64,000 nt of DNA from contig JBHYGA010000001.1 in assembly GCA_051859245.1 (NCBI GenBank), positions 1,629,722 to 1,693,721 on the forward strand, given 5' to 3'. A model generated the notes under the pieces. The model did no database searches. It saw nothing but the letters and a program-made list of their open reading frames with translations, and had not been told where the DNA came from. The first letter of the stretch is position 1; every line of letters begins with the position of its first letter. A program made the position numbers and the translations under genes. This DNA is from Gemmatimonadaceae bacterium (GTDB lineage Bacteria; Gemmatimonadota; Gemmatimonadetes; Gemmatimonadales; Gemmatimonadaceae). Below, piece after piece: positions 10,038 through 19,527 of the stretch.

Positions 10038-11084
10038 CTGTCCGCACGCGGCGGCAATGTCGAGGCCGCGGCTCTTTCGGATCGCAACTTCAACACCGCG
10101 CGCGCGGATCGCGCGCGAGAACGCCGCCATTCGCGACGCGGGTGTTGGATCAAAACCGAGCGAGCCACCGGGATGCAGCGGAATCAGATTCACGAACGCG
10201 CGACACTCACGCGCCAAGGTGGCGAGCATCGCGGCGTGCTCCGGATGATCGTTCACGCCATCGAGCATGACGTACTCAAACGTCACCCGCCGATCAAACT
10301 CGGCGGCCGCGCGAATCACATCAGACAGTGGATACTTGATGTTCACCGGCATCAGAGAACGACGCAGCTCGTCGCTTGGCGCGTGAATGGAAATTGCAAG
10401 ACGAAACTGTTCCTTGCGCGCAGCGAGCGCTTCGATTCCCGGTAGTACACCAACGGTGGAAATCGTAATGTGCCGCGCACCGATGCCGAGAGCGCGCGGG
10501 TCGTTCAGCAGCGTCAGCGTGCGGTCTACCGCACTCCAGTTCATGAGTGGTTCGCCCATGCCCATGAACACGATATTGGTGGCCAGCAATGGTGGCTCGA
10601 GCAGCCGCAGCTCTCGCACTTGTCCAGCGATTTCTGATGGTGTCAGGTTGCGCTGAAAACCCATGGCGCCAGTAGCGCAAAATGCGCACTGCAACGCGCA
10701 TCCGGCTTGCGACGAGATGCACAGTGTCAGGCGATTGCCTTCGGGAATCGCGACCGTTTCGATCGCCTGACCATCTGCCAACCGAAACAGAAACTTTTCG
10801 GTGCCGTCGCTCGATGTTTGCCGGGCCTGCAGTTCGAGGCGAGGCATCGTGTACTGCTCGGCGAGTTTCTGTCGCAGCGCCTTCGGCAACTCAGACATGT
10901 CCTCGAAGCTCGCAACGGGACGCTGCCACAAGCGCGCGAAAATCTGCGCGGCGCGGTAGCTCGCCTCGCCCTCGGCGGCGATAAACTGCGCGAGCTCGTC
11001 AAGCGCTTCGTCGGGCGCCAGATCAAGCAGATTCTTGACGCGCGAAACGTCGGAGTTCGGTGCCGAAGGTGCAGAAACGTTCAT
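9993..11084 (-). CDS. rlmN: Dual-specificity RNA methyltransferase RlmN (radical SAM)
   Basis: CISSQAGCALQCAFCATG, VFMGMGEP and DIAAACGQL motifs. Confidence 0.96.
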   Translation of the reverse strand: MNVSAPSAPNSDVSRVKNLLDLAPDEALDELAQFIAAEGEASYRAAQIFARLWQRPVASFEDMSELPKALRQKLAEQYTMPRLELQARQTSSDGTEKFLFRLADGQAIETVAIPEGNRLTLCISSQAGCALQCAFCATGAMGFQRNLTPSEIAGQVRELRLLEPPLLATNIVFMGMGEPLMNWSAVDRTLTLLNDPRALGIGARHITISTVGVLPGIEALAARKEQFRLAISIHAPSDELRRSLMPVNIKYPLSDVIRAAAEFDRRVTFEYVMLDGVNDHPEHAAMLATLARECRAFVNLIPLHPGGSLGFDPTPASRMAAFSRAIRARGVEVAIRKSRGLDIAAACGQLRTERLGRRLPVAS

Positions 11085-11095
11085 CACGTGATCGA

Positions 11096-12019
11096 TTATT
11101 TGCCAAACGAACTGAAGGTGAACTGATACATCGGGCCGAGGCCAACGGACGCGTCTTCACGTCCAATACCCACCACAAATCGCGCCAGATACAGCGATAC
11201 CGAAAACCGGGTCCGCGTGATCCGCACGTCGCCGCTCCAGACTGTTGGTACGGCGGCCCGTGCCTCAATCGGTCCAAGTCGTCCGCTCATGAACGGCCCC
11301 AGTTCACGCGATGTGCGATCACGCTGTCCGCGCGTGGCCGATTGACCGGCCACACCGAGTCGAGCCTCGCCGAGTGACGACGAGCCAACCAGTCGTGCGT
11401 CGGTCGCGATGGTAATGAGCGGTCGATCTTCGGCTTCGCGCCCCGGCCGCCAGAGAAATGTACCAGCGGCAAGGCGGAAGTCGCGCCACGGCGCGTGGTG
11501 CACCAGCGCACCGATATCGGCCGCGAGCGCACTGCGCACATCCCGCTCCGCGCGTCCCTGTCGCAGCCGCGCGGCCACGCCCGCGGTCAGCCATGAGGTG
11601 ATCGGTCGGGCCACGGAGAGCGATCCCAGCAAACTCTCGTACGGCAGCGATCCCAGACTCTGCGGATCTGTGTCCGTCCTCACCAAATCCCCGACCGCGG
11701 CCCGTGCGATTGAGACGCCAATGGACACGCCGCTCGTCCGTTGCCAGGCCACTCCTAGTAACTGGCCCTCAACGCCTTGGTCGGCACCGGTGGAGAGTGA
11801 CGCGACGCCGGCTCGCCAGCGCATTCCCTCTGGTAGCGCCATCATGGCCGGATTCCACAGTCCAACGCCGGCCTCGGCCGCCAGTGCGGCCGGCGCACCG
11901 ACCGCTCCAAGCGGAAAGTCCCAGAGATCGCGGGCGGGGACGGGCTGCGCTTCCGCCGACGACACTCCGGGGAGTGCGGCAACGATCACGGCAAGCCCGC
12001 ACAAGAGCTTGCGGCGCAT
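11096..12019 (-). CDS. Secreted, probable outer-membrane beta-barrel protein (loosely PorV/UPF0164-like)
   Basis: Signal peptide, WNPA motif, alternating amphipathic strands, C-terminal YQFTFSSFGK. Confidence 0.55.
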   Translation of the reverse strand: MRRKLLCGLAVIVAALPGVSSAEAQPVPARDLWDFPLGAVGAPAALAAEAGVGLWNPAMMALPEGMRWRAGVASLSTGADQGVEGQLLGVAWQRTSGVSIGVSIARAAVGDLVRTDTDPQSLGSLPYESLLGSLSVARPITSWLTAGVAARLRQGRAERDVRSALAADIGALVHHAPWRDFRLAAGTFLWRPGREAEDRPLITIATDARLVGSSSLGEARLGVAGQSATRGQRDRTSRELGPFMSGRLGPIEARAAVPTVWSGDVRITRTRFSVSLYLARFVVGIGREDASVGLGPMYQFTFSSFGK

Positions 12020-12104
12020 GCAGTTGACCATAAGCGAGCTACGTCACGCGGGCAAGCAAATCGCTTCCGTCATACTCTCCCGGACGTTAGGTTCCAGAAC
12101 ACGC

Positions 12105-12575
12105 ATGTTACCCGGGATACTGTTGCCAGTCGCCGACTTACTTACGCTCGAACGGATCACGGTACCAAGCTCGGCGTCGAATAAAGACGCGGTGCTGGCC
12201 GAGCTTGTGGCCCTTGCGGTGCCCGAGGGTCCGGAGCGGGACGGCTTACTGGCGGAGGTGCGGAAGCGCGAAGCGCGTTTTACCACCGCCCTGGGAGACG
12301 GCATCGCGTTACCACACGCACGTAGCGAGTTTGTGAGTGCACTGCATTTGTCGGCCACTCGGCTCGCGTCGCCGGTGCCGTTTGACGCCGTCGACGGCAC
12401 GCCCGTGGAGCTTGCGTTTCTTGTGGTGTCGCCGTCCAACGCGCCGGGAGCGCATCTCGAATCGCTGCGTGCGCTGTCGCAACTCTTTCAGAATCCGCGC
12501 GTGATTGCTGATCTGAAACTGGCCGCCACCCCCGAAGAATTCCTGCGCACGTTGCGACTGGCGGAGGCGAGCTGA
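12105..12575 (+). CDS. PTS system IIA component (PtsN/Fru-Mtl family)
   Basis: REARFTTALGDGIALPHAR (phospho-His), FDAVDGTPV and HLESL motifs. Confidence 0.9.
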   Translation: MLPGILLPVADLLTLERITVPSSASNKDAVLAELVALAVPEGPERDGLLAEVRKREARFTTALGDGIALPHARSEFVSALHLSATRLASPVPFDAVDGTPVELAFLVVSPSNAPGAHLESLRALSQLFQNPRVIADLKLAATPEEFLRTLRLAEAS

Positions 12576-12712
12576 TTTCATCGGTGTTGCTGTGCGCCGT
12601 TGACGCGTCCGCGTTAACGGTGTTGTGCTGACCCTGTGTATGGCACGGTGCCGAGCGTTCTGCTCACCGTTGCCTTTTCGTTTTTCGGCGCCGCTGCGCC
12701 CGGAGAGAGTAC

Positions 12713-14530
12713 GTGAGCGTGTCGGTTTCTGAGTTGCAGTCATCGGTATTGGCGACCTCAATGCGCACGCACACGTGCGGCAGCTTGACGGCGGAGCACG
12801 TCGGTCAGCAGGTACGGCTCGGTGGTTGGGTGCATCGGAGCCGCGATCTTGGCGGCTTGGTGTTCCTCGATCTGCGCGACCGCACGGGCGTGGTACAGCT
12901 TGCGTTCGGGCCGGCATGGTCTGATGCGAATACGCTCACCGCGGCCGCGGCCGTTGGAGTTGAGTCGGTGATTGTGATCGAAGGCACCGTGGTCGCGCGC
13001 GCCGAGCAACAGCGAAACGCCGACATCTCCACCGGTGATATCGACGTACAGGTCACATCAGTGCGCGTGGTGGGAGTCGCGAGCACGCCGGCGTTTCCCG
13101 TCGCTCCCGCCAAGGGCGACAAGCTACCCGCCGAAGAACTGCGCCTGCGCCATCGGTATCTGGATCTCCGACGTGCAGACTTGCAGCGCAATCTCATGCT
13201 GCGTCACAAACTCACGCAGGCCACACGCCGGTTTCTTGACACGCGCGGGTTCCTTGAGCTTGAGACGCCGATTCTCACCAAGCCCACGCCCGAAGGGGCA
13301 CGCGATTATCTCGTGCCCAGTCGCGTGCATCCCGGTGAGTTCTACGCGCTGCCGCAGTCGCCGCAGATCTACAAGCAGCTGTTCATGTGCGCCGGCTACG
13401 ATCGCTACTTCCAGATCGCGCGTTGCTTTCGTGACGAAGATCTGCGCGCCGACCGCCAGCCGGAGTTCACCCAGATTGACATCGAAGCGTCGTTCGTGGG
13501 TCAGCAAGACATTCTGTCACACGCCGAAGCGCTCATCGCCGAGCTGTGGAAAACGGCCGGTGTTCCGGCGCAGTCACCGTTTCCACGCATGACATACGCG
13601 CATGCCATGGAGCACTACGGCTGCGATCGACCCGACCTTCGCTACGGGCTCGAACTGCATGACGTGACGCACGTGTTTGCGGCGAGTGAGCTGTCGTTTG
13701 TGCAGGCCGCGATTGCACGCGGCGAACGCGTGCGAGGCTTGCGCGTGCCCGGCGGCGCCGCCATGTCGCGCAAGCAGACGGACGATCTTGAAATTGTTGC
13801 CAAGAGCGCGGGCGCGAGTGGACTAATTGTTGTGAAACGCACAGACACGGGACTCGACGGCAAAGTGGCCAAGTTTCTTTCGGCCGACGCTGGAGACCTG
13901 CTCGGACTGGCCGTTGGTGAAGTTGGCTTGTATGTCGCCGCTCCGGATCACGTAGCATCACCCGCGCTTGATCGGGTGCGTCAGGCGGTGGCACAGCGAT
14001 TGGACTTGATTCCCGCAAACGTGCACGCGTTTGTGGTGGTCACGGATTTTCCGATGTTCGAGAAGGATCCGAACACTGGTGCGCTCGGGGCTGTGCATCA
14101 CCCGTTCACGGCGCCCAATCCCGAAGATCTTGCGCTGCTCGACTCGGCGCCTGAACGCGCACGCGCGCTCGCGTACGACATCGTGTACGACGGACTCGAA
14201 TTGGGTGGCGGCAGCATTCGTATCAGTGACTCGGCACTCCAGGCGCGAATTTTTGGCTTGCTCGGCATTGATGAGGCCACGGCGCAGGCACGCTTTGGGT
14301 TCTTGCTCGAAGCGTTGCGCGCTGGTGCGCCTCCGCACGGGGGCATTGCATTCGGTCTGGATCGCATCACGATGCTGCTCGCGGGCGCCACGTCACTTCG
14401 TGATGTGATTGCATTTCCCAAGACCACTGCCGCGCGCGCACTGTTCGAAGGCGCGCCATCACCGGTGCCAGCCGCTGATCTGCTCGACCTATCATTGGCT
14501 GTGGCAAGCCGCCCAGGTGCAAGTGCATGA
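12713..14530 (+). CDS. aspS: Aspartate--tRNA ligase
   Basis: MRTHTCG, TPEGARDYLVPSR, LPQSPQIYKQL, FRDEDLRADRQPEFTQ and PPHGGIAFGLDR motifs; start may be ATG 12761. Confidence 0.98.
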   Translation: MSVSVSELQSSVLATSMRTHTCGSLTAEHVGQQVRLGGWVHRSRDLGGLVFLDLRDRTGVVQLAFGPAWSDANTLTAAAAVGVESVIVIEGTVVARAEQQRNADISTGDIDVQVTSVRVVGVASTPAFPVAPAKGDKLPAEELRLRHRYLDLRRADLQRNLMLRHKLTQATRRFLDTRGFLELETPILTKPTPEGARDYLVPSRVHPGEFYALPQSPQIYKQLFMCAGYDRYFQIARCFRDEDLRADRQPEFTQIDIEASFVGQQDILSHAEALIAELWKTAGVPAQSPFPRMTYAHAMEHYGCDRPDLRYGLELHDVTHVFAASELSFVQAAIARGERVRGLRVPGGAAMSRKQTDDLEIVAKSAGASGLIVVKRTDTGLDGKVAKFLSADAGDLLGLAVGEVGLYVAAPDHVASPALDRVRQAVAQRLDLIPANVHAFVVVTDFPMFEKDPNTGALGAVHHPFTAPNPEDLALLDSAPERARALAYDIVYDGLELGGGSIRISDSALQARIFGLLGIDEATAQARFGFLLEALRAGAPPHGGIAFGLDRITMLLAGATSLRDVIAFPKTTAARALFEGAPSPVPAADLLDLSLAVASRPGASA

Positions 14531-15483
14531 CAGGACCCGTTACCACAATTCGCGTTCCGATTGAAGGGGTTGATCAACTCGCACTCGCGGGCGTCAACGA
14601 CGCGAACCTCGTCGAGTTGGCCAAAATTTCCGGAACGCGCGTGGCGCTGCGCGGTGATTCGCTCACCGTCACCGGCGATCCGGATACGGCCATGCGCGGC
14701 GAAGCGATTGCGCTCGGGATGGTGGCAACCGTGCGCGAGGGACACACGCTGTCGCCAGACGACGTACTGCGACTGAGCCTCGAGCAGCGACCGGAGGATC
14801 AGGCCGCGCGTGCTAATGGCGCACTTGTGCTGCCCGGCGCCAAGCGGGTGGTGAAAGCGAAGACGCCCGGACAGGCCGAATACATGAAGGAAATTCTCGA
14901 ACACGACATTGTGGTCGGGATTGGACCCGCGGGCACAGGCAAAACGTATCTGGCCGTCGCCGCTGCCGTCGATGCGCTTATGCGCAAACGCGTGCGACGC
15001 ATTGTCCTGGCGCGACCGGCAGTAGAAGCGGGTGAAAACCTCGGCTTTCTGCCTGGCGATATGCAGGCCAAAGTTGATCCGTATTTGCGTCCACTGTACG
15101 ACGCACTTGATGATCTGATGCCGTTTGATCGAATTCAGAAAGCCATCGAATCGCGCACGATTGAAGTGGCACCGCTCGCGTTTATGCGTGGACGCACACT
15201 CGGCGATGCCTTCGTCATTCTGGACGAAGCGCAGAACGCCACGCATTTGCAGATGAAGATGTTTCTCACGCGACTGGGCGTGAACTCCAAGATCGTCATT
15301 ACCGGCGACAAAACGCAGGTCGATCTGCCCAAGCGCGAAGAGTCAGGTCTGATGCAGATCGAACGCATTTTGCACGGAATCGAAGGCATCAAGTTCCACT
15401 ACTTCACCGAAGCGGACGTCGTGCGGCATCGGTTGGTGCGCGACATCATCCGTGCCTATAACGAGGATGCCGCAGGCGGCTGA
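14527..15483 (+). CDS. PhoH-family ATPase (YbeZ-like)
   Basis: GPAGTGKT, RPAVEAGENLGFLPGD, MRGRT and DEAQN motifs. Confidence 0.95.
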   Translation: MTGPVTTIRVPIEGVDQLALAGVNDANLVELAKISGTRVALRGDSLTVTGDPDTAMRGEAIALGMVATVREGHTLSPDDVLRLSLEQRPEDQAARANGALVLPGAKRVVKAKTPGQAEYMKEILEHDIVVGIGPAGTGKTYLAVAAAVDALMRKRVRRIVLARPAVEAGENLGFLPGDMQAKVDPYLRPLYDALDDLMPFDRIQKAIESRTIEVAPLAFMRGRTLGDAFVILDEAQNATHLQMKMFLTRLGVNSKIVITGDKTQVDLPKREESGLMQIERILHGIEGIKFHYFTEADVVRHRLVRDIIRAYNEDAAGG

Positions 15484-17713
15484 GCCTCCGATACCGGCGC
15501 GCGATGATGCGTCGGTGACTCCGGTGCGCGGCGCGTTTTTGCGTCATGCACCGGGGCTGTTGCTGGCTATCGGTCTCGCGATGTGCACGGTGTTGCTGCT
15601 ACCGCCGGGTGAAGGGTTTCGAACGCCGGTGTACGACATTGGCAGTGTCGCGGACGAAACCGTCATCGCGCCGTTTGCTTTTCAGGTCCCACGTCCAGCC
15701 GCTGATGTGGCACGAGAGCGAGAGCGACTGGCGGCCGCTGTACCACCGGTGTTCGCGTTCGATAGCACCGCGATCGATTCGGTTCGGGCACGCCTGACGG
15801 CATTCGCGGCCGCGCTCGACAGTATTCGACCGCGTGATGTGCCGGCCGAGAAAGATTCCGCGGCGGCGCAGGTGACCGCCATCGGCGAGCGTTTTGGTGT
15901 GGCGCTCACTACCGCGGAGTCGGAGTGGCTGGCGTTTCCAAGTCGGCGCGCCGCGGCACTGTCGGCGGTGCGACGGGCGTTCGAGCGTACATTACCTGAC
16001 GGTGTTGCAGCCTCACGTGCGCTCGACGGCGTGAGTACGACCATGCGCATTCAACGCGGCGGCAACGAACGCACCGTGCGAAGTGATGCCGTGGCCTCGT
16101 GGAGCGATGTGCTGCGCGCCGCGCGGCTACTGCATCCAGATGCATCGTCGGCGGTTGCTGATGGTGCGTATCAGCGCCTGCTGAGCGCGCTGTTCATTCC
16201 ATCGCTTCGTTTTGACAGCGTGACAACCGACGCGCGGCGTGCAGACGCCGTTGCGCGCGTGCAACCGTGGCGCTTTGAAGTGCGCAGCGGCGAGAAGATC
16301 ATCGGCGCGCATGAAGTGGTGCGCGAGGAGGATCGCGCACGACTCGAAGCATTGCGTGACGTCACGCTCGCCGGCACGTCGTTCGCCAATCAGTCGGTGC
16401 GTACGCTGGGCACGTTCCTCCTGAATCTTGCGGTCATCGCGATCTTCGTGGTGACACTCGCGTTCTATCGCCCCGAGATCTACACTCGCCCGCGTGCGCT
16501 CGCCGTCATTGCCGCGTGCGTGATTGTGGTTCTCATCGGTGCCGCCATGGCGCTCCGAGGCAGCAGCATGCCCGGTTCGTTGGTGCCGATCGGCGTGGCC
16601 GCGCTGCTCATCAGTATTCTGTTTGATTCGCGCATCGCGCTCGTGTGCGCGCTGGTACTCGCCGTGTTGCTCGGCGTGCAGCCTGCGTTTCGTGGCTCGC
16701 CGGTTTTGTTCTTTGTGCTTGCCGGTGGCGCCGCGGCAGCGTTCAGTGTGCGTGCACTGGAAAGACGTACGCAGTTCGTGTGGTCCATCGTGGCTGTGGC
16801 GGCTTCATACTCGGGCGCCGCAGTGATTTCCGCACTCGCCTTTGACTGGGCGTGGAGTGACGTGCTGCAGGCGTCCATCTTTGGCACGATGAACGCGGCG
16901 GTGTCGGTCGCACTGGCAATGGCGTTGCTTCCGCCAGCAGAAGAAGCCTGCGGTGTGGATACCTATGTGAAGTTGCTGGAATGGTCGGATCTCAACCGCC
17001 CGTTATTGCGGCGTCTGGCGGTGGAAGCGCCGGGCACGTGGGCGCATACGTTAGCGATGGCGAATCTCGTTGAGGCCGCGGCCCAGGCCATCGGGGCGAA
17101 CGCCTTACTCGCGCGCGTCGGCACGTATTATCACGATATCGGAAAACTCGGCAAGCCGGGTTACTTCGTGGAGAATCAGGCCAGCGGCCGCAACCCGCAC
17201 GACAAACTCAAGCCAGCCGCCAGCGCGTCGATCATTCGCAATCATGTACGCGACGGACTGGCCCTGGCAGCGCAAGCGAAGGTGCCGCGTTCCGTGCGTG
17301 CCTTCATTGCGGAGCATCATGGCACGGGGCCGATCACCTACTTTCTCGAGAAGGCACGCGAGCGCGACGCCTCGGTGCATCTCAGCGGCGAGTTCATGTA
17401 TCCGGGGCCGTCGCCACAGAGTGTGGAAACAGCGATCTGCATGCTCGCTGACGGCGTGGAAGCTGCGTCCCGCGTGCTGGTCTCTCCATCGGAGGAACGA
17501 TTGCGCGAAACTGTAGAAAAGATCGTGCGCGGTCGCATTGATGCGGGCCAGCTTCGCGACGCGCCGATTACATTGCAACAGTTGGAAACCGTCAAATCGG
17601 AGTTTGTGCGCGTGCTGCTGGCTACGCGGCACGGTCGCATAGACTATCCAGGTCCCGAAGGTATCAGCGCTGGAGCGCGCACTGATCCGTCGTTGCCTGC
17701 CTTCTCAGCCTGA
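15467..17713 (+). CDS. 7TM-HD (HDIG) phosphohydrolase, PgpH/YqfF-like
   Basis: Large extracellular domain plus multiple TM helices, then APGTWAHT, YYHDIGK, FVENQ, EHHGT and MLADGVEAA; sits between phoH and ybeY. Confidence 0.9.
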   Translation: MPQAAEPPIPARDDASVTPVRGAFLRHAPGLLLAIGLAMCTVLLLPPGEGFRTPVYDIGSVADETVIAPFAFQVPRPAADVARERERLAAAVPPVFAFDSTAIDSVRARLTAFAAALDSIRPRDVPAEKDSAAAQVTAIGERFGVALTTAESEWLAFPSRRAAALSAVRRAFERTLPDGVAASRALDGVSTTMRIQRGGNERTVRSDAVASWSDVLRAARLLHPDASSAVADGAYQRLLSALFIPSLRFDSVTTDARRADAVARVQPWRFEVRSGEKIIGAHEVVREEDRARLEALRDVTLAGTSFANQSVRTLGTFLLNLAVIAIFVVTLAFYRPEIYTRPRALAVIAACVIVVLIGAAMALRGSSMPGSLVPIGVAALLISILFDSRIALVCALVLAVLLGVQPAFRGSPVLFFVLAGGAAAAFSVRALERRTQFVWSIVAVAASYSGAAVISALAFDWAWSDVLQASIFGTMNAAVSVALAMALLPPAEEACGVDTYVKLLEWSDLNRPLLRRLAVEAPGTWAHTLAMANLVEAAAQAIGANALLARVGTYYHDIGKLGKPGYFVENQASGRNPHDKLKPAASASIIRNHVRDGLALAAQAKVPRSVRAFIAEHHGTGPITYFLEKARERDASVHLSGEFMYPGPSPQSVETAICMLADGVEAASRVLVSPSEERLRETVEKIVRGRIDAGQLRDAPITLQQLETVKSEFVRVLLATRHGRIDYPGPEGISAGARTDPSLPAFSA

Positions 17714-18228
17714 TGCGCACTCATTCTTCCCGAAACGCCAACGCAACGCGTGCGGTCACACGTGTGCCGAAAGTTGAAGCACACACCGTGCACGTCTCTT
17801 TGGACGGCGTGCGTTCACCGATTGCGTCCATTCACCTGCAGACGCTTGCACGCGCGGTACTTGCGGCCGAGAAAGTGCCGCGTGCCATGCTGAGCATCAC
17901 ATTGGTGAGCTCGCGTGAAATGGCTCGATTGAATCGCCAACACCTCGGCCATCGCGGCGCGACCGACGTGATCACCTTCGCACTGGGCGACGACGGTTCC
18001 GGTGTGCTCGTGTCGGACATTTATATCTGCCCCGATGTCGCGCGCAAACAGGCCGCCGAGTGGAAGGTCGGTGTGCGCGACGAGATTGCGCGGCTGGTCG
18101 TGCACGGCGTGTTGCATTCGTGTGGGTGGGAGCATCCGGTTGATGAAACTCGTGAAGGGTCACCGATGTGGCAGCGTCAGGAGCGACTGTTGTCGCGCTG
18201 GCGTACGTCTCGCAGCGTTCGGGAATGA
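17713..18228 (+). CDS. ybeY: rRNA maturation endoribonuclease YbeY
   Basis: TDVITF and HGVLHSCGWEH (H-x3-H-x5-H) motifs. Confidence 0.93.
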   Translation: MRTHSSRNANATRAVTRVPKVEAHTVHVSLDGVRSPIASIHLQTLARAVLAAEKVPRAMLSITLVSSREMARLNRQHLGHRGATDVITFALGDDGSGVLVSDIYICPDVARKQAAEWKVGVRDEIARLVVHGVLHSCGWEHPVDETREGSPMWQRQERLLSRWRTSRSVRE

Positions 18229-19499
18229 GCCTGCTCGCGTGGAGTATCGCGGTTGGCAGTAGTGCGTTAGCTGCGATCGCGGCCGTCGCCGACGGGGCGC
18301 TGCTTTCGGGCGTGCCCAGTCTTGCCACGCCAGATGGCGACATGGCAGCGCGCGCGTCAGCCGCACCAATGATCGGCCGTGCGCTGCCGGCACGTGAACG
18401 CGCGCATCGCGCGCTGGCGTTTCTGCGTGTGGCAGCGCATGGAATTACCGGCGGCGCAGTGGCCAGCGCGTTGTCGTTCAACGACGGTACGTGGGCCTTG
18501 CGCGCCACTGGACTCGTCGCGGCCGCAACCGCCGCCGTGTTATTGGCCGAAGCCGCGGCGCGGGCGCTCGGTGATATGCTCGGCGACACGGCTGCACATC
18601 GGCTCGCTCCGTTCATGCGTGTCGTGGAGCGGTTGCTCTCGCCAGTCGTATTTCTGGGTGGCTGGCTTGATGACGTGTTCGCGTCGGTGATCACGCCAAC
18701 GGAATCATCGGCCGATGCACGCGAAACCGCAGCGGAGCAGTTCCGGCAGGTGGTGGAAGCCGAGCCAACCGTGTCGCTCGTAACACGCGATCTGCTGCTT
18801 GGCGTGTTCGACTTTGGTGAGACGACGGTGAGTGATGTGATGGTCCCGCGCGTCGATATGGTGGCGATTGATCGCGAGACGCCATGGAATGAAGTCGTGG
18901 ATCGCGTGCGCAGCGCCCATCACTCCCGCATTCCGGTTTACGTCGACACCGTGGACGATATTGTGGGCGTGCTGTACGCCAAAGATCTGCTGAGTGCCGT
19001 GATTGCCGATGAAGAACCGGCCGCGGGCTGGCCTTCGCTGGTGCGCGAGGCACGCTACATCCCGTCCACCAAGCGCATTGCCGATCAGTTGCGTGATTTC
19101 AAGGCCTCGCACACGCACATTGCTGTGGTGGTCGACGAGTATGGCGGCACGGAAGGGATGGTCACCATTGAGGACATCCTCGAAGAACTCGTTGGTGAGA
19201 TTCGGGATGAGTATGATGATGAGGAGCGTGAGATCGCGTCCGAAGAAGGCGGCCGTTACTGGGTGTCTGGCCGACTCACACTGGATGAACTCTCCGACGC
19301 ACTTGATCACGATTTCCGTCGCGATGAAGTGAGCACCATTGGTGGGCTGATCTTCGAGTTGCTCGGCCGTGTCCCGCGCGCTGGCGAGTCAGTCGACATT
19401 GATGGGTTCCGTGTGATCGTGGAGCGTGTGGTGCGTCGCAAGGTAGAACGCGTCTTCCTGCAACGCCCCGTGACCAGCAACCGTGAGGATGCGGAATGA
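18225..19499 (+). CDS. CNNM/HlyC-CorC family CBS-pair membrane protein
   Basis: N-terminal hydrophobic segments, VMVPRVDM, HSRIPVY, VVDEYGGTEGMVTIEDILEELVGEI and a C-terminal CorC_HlyC domain. Confidence 0.9.
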   Translation: MSLLAWSIAVGSSALAAIAAVADGALLSGVPSLATPDGDMAARASAAPMIGRALPARERAHRALAFLRVAAHGITGGAVASALSFNDGTWALRATGLVAAATAAVLLAEAAARALGDMLGDTAAHRLAPFMRVVERLLSPVVFLGGWLDDVFASVITPTESSADARETAAEQFRQVVEAEPTVSLVTRDLLLGVFDFGETTVSDVMVPRVDMVAIDRETPWNEVVDRVRSAHHSRIPVYVDTVDDIVGVLYAKDLLSAVIADEEPAAGWPSLVREARYIPSTKRIADQLRDFKASHTHIAVVVDEYGGTEGMVTIEDILEELVGEIRDEYDDEEREIASEEGGRYWVSGRLTLDELSDALDHDFRRDEVSTIGGLIFELLGRVPRAGESVDIDGFRVIVERVVRRKVERVFLQRPVTSNREDAE

Positions 19500-19527
19500 G
19501 CACTCCCACGACCGGACGGCGCTGACG

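Noticed and set aside
12576..12760. T-box riboswitch or classical leader-peptide attenuator before aspS or the trp genes
   Set aside because: No T-box consensus and no Trp-codon leader peptide visible
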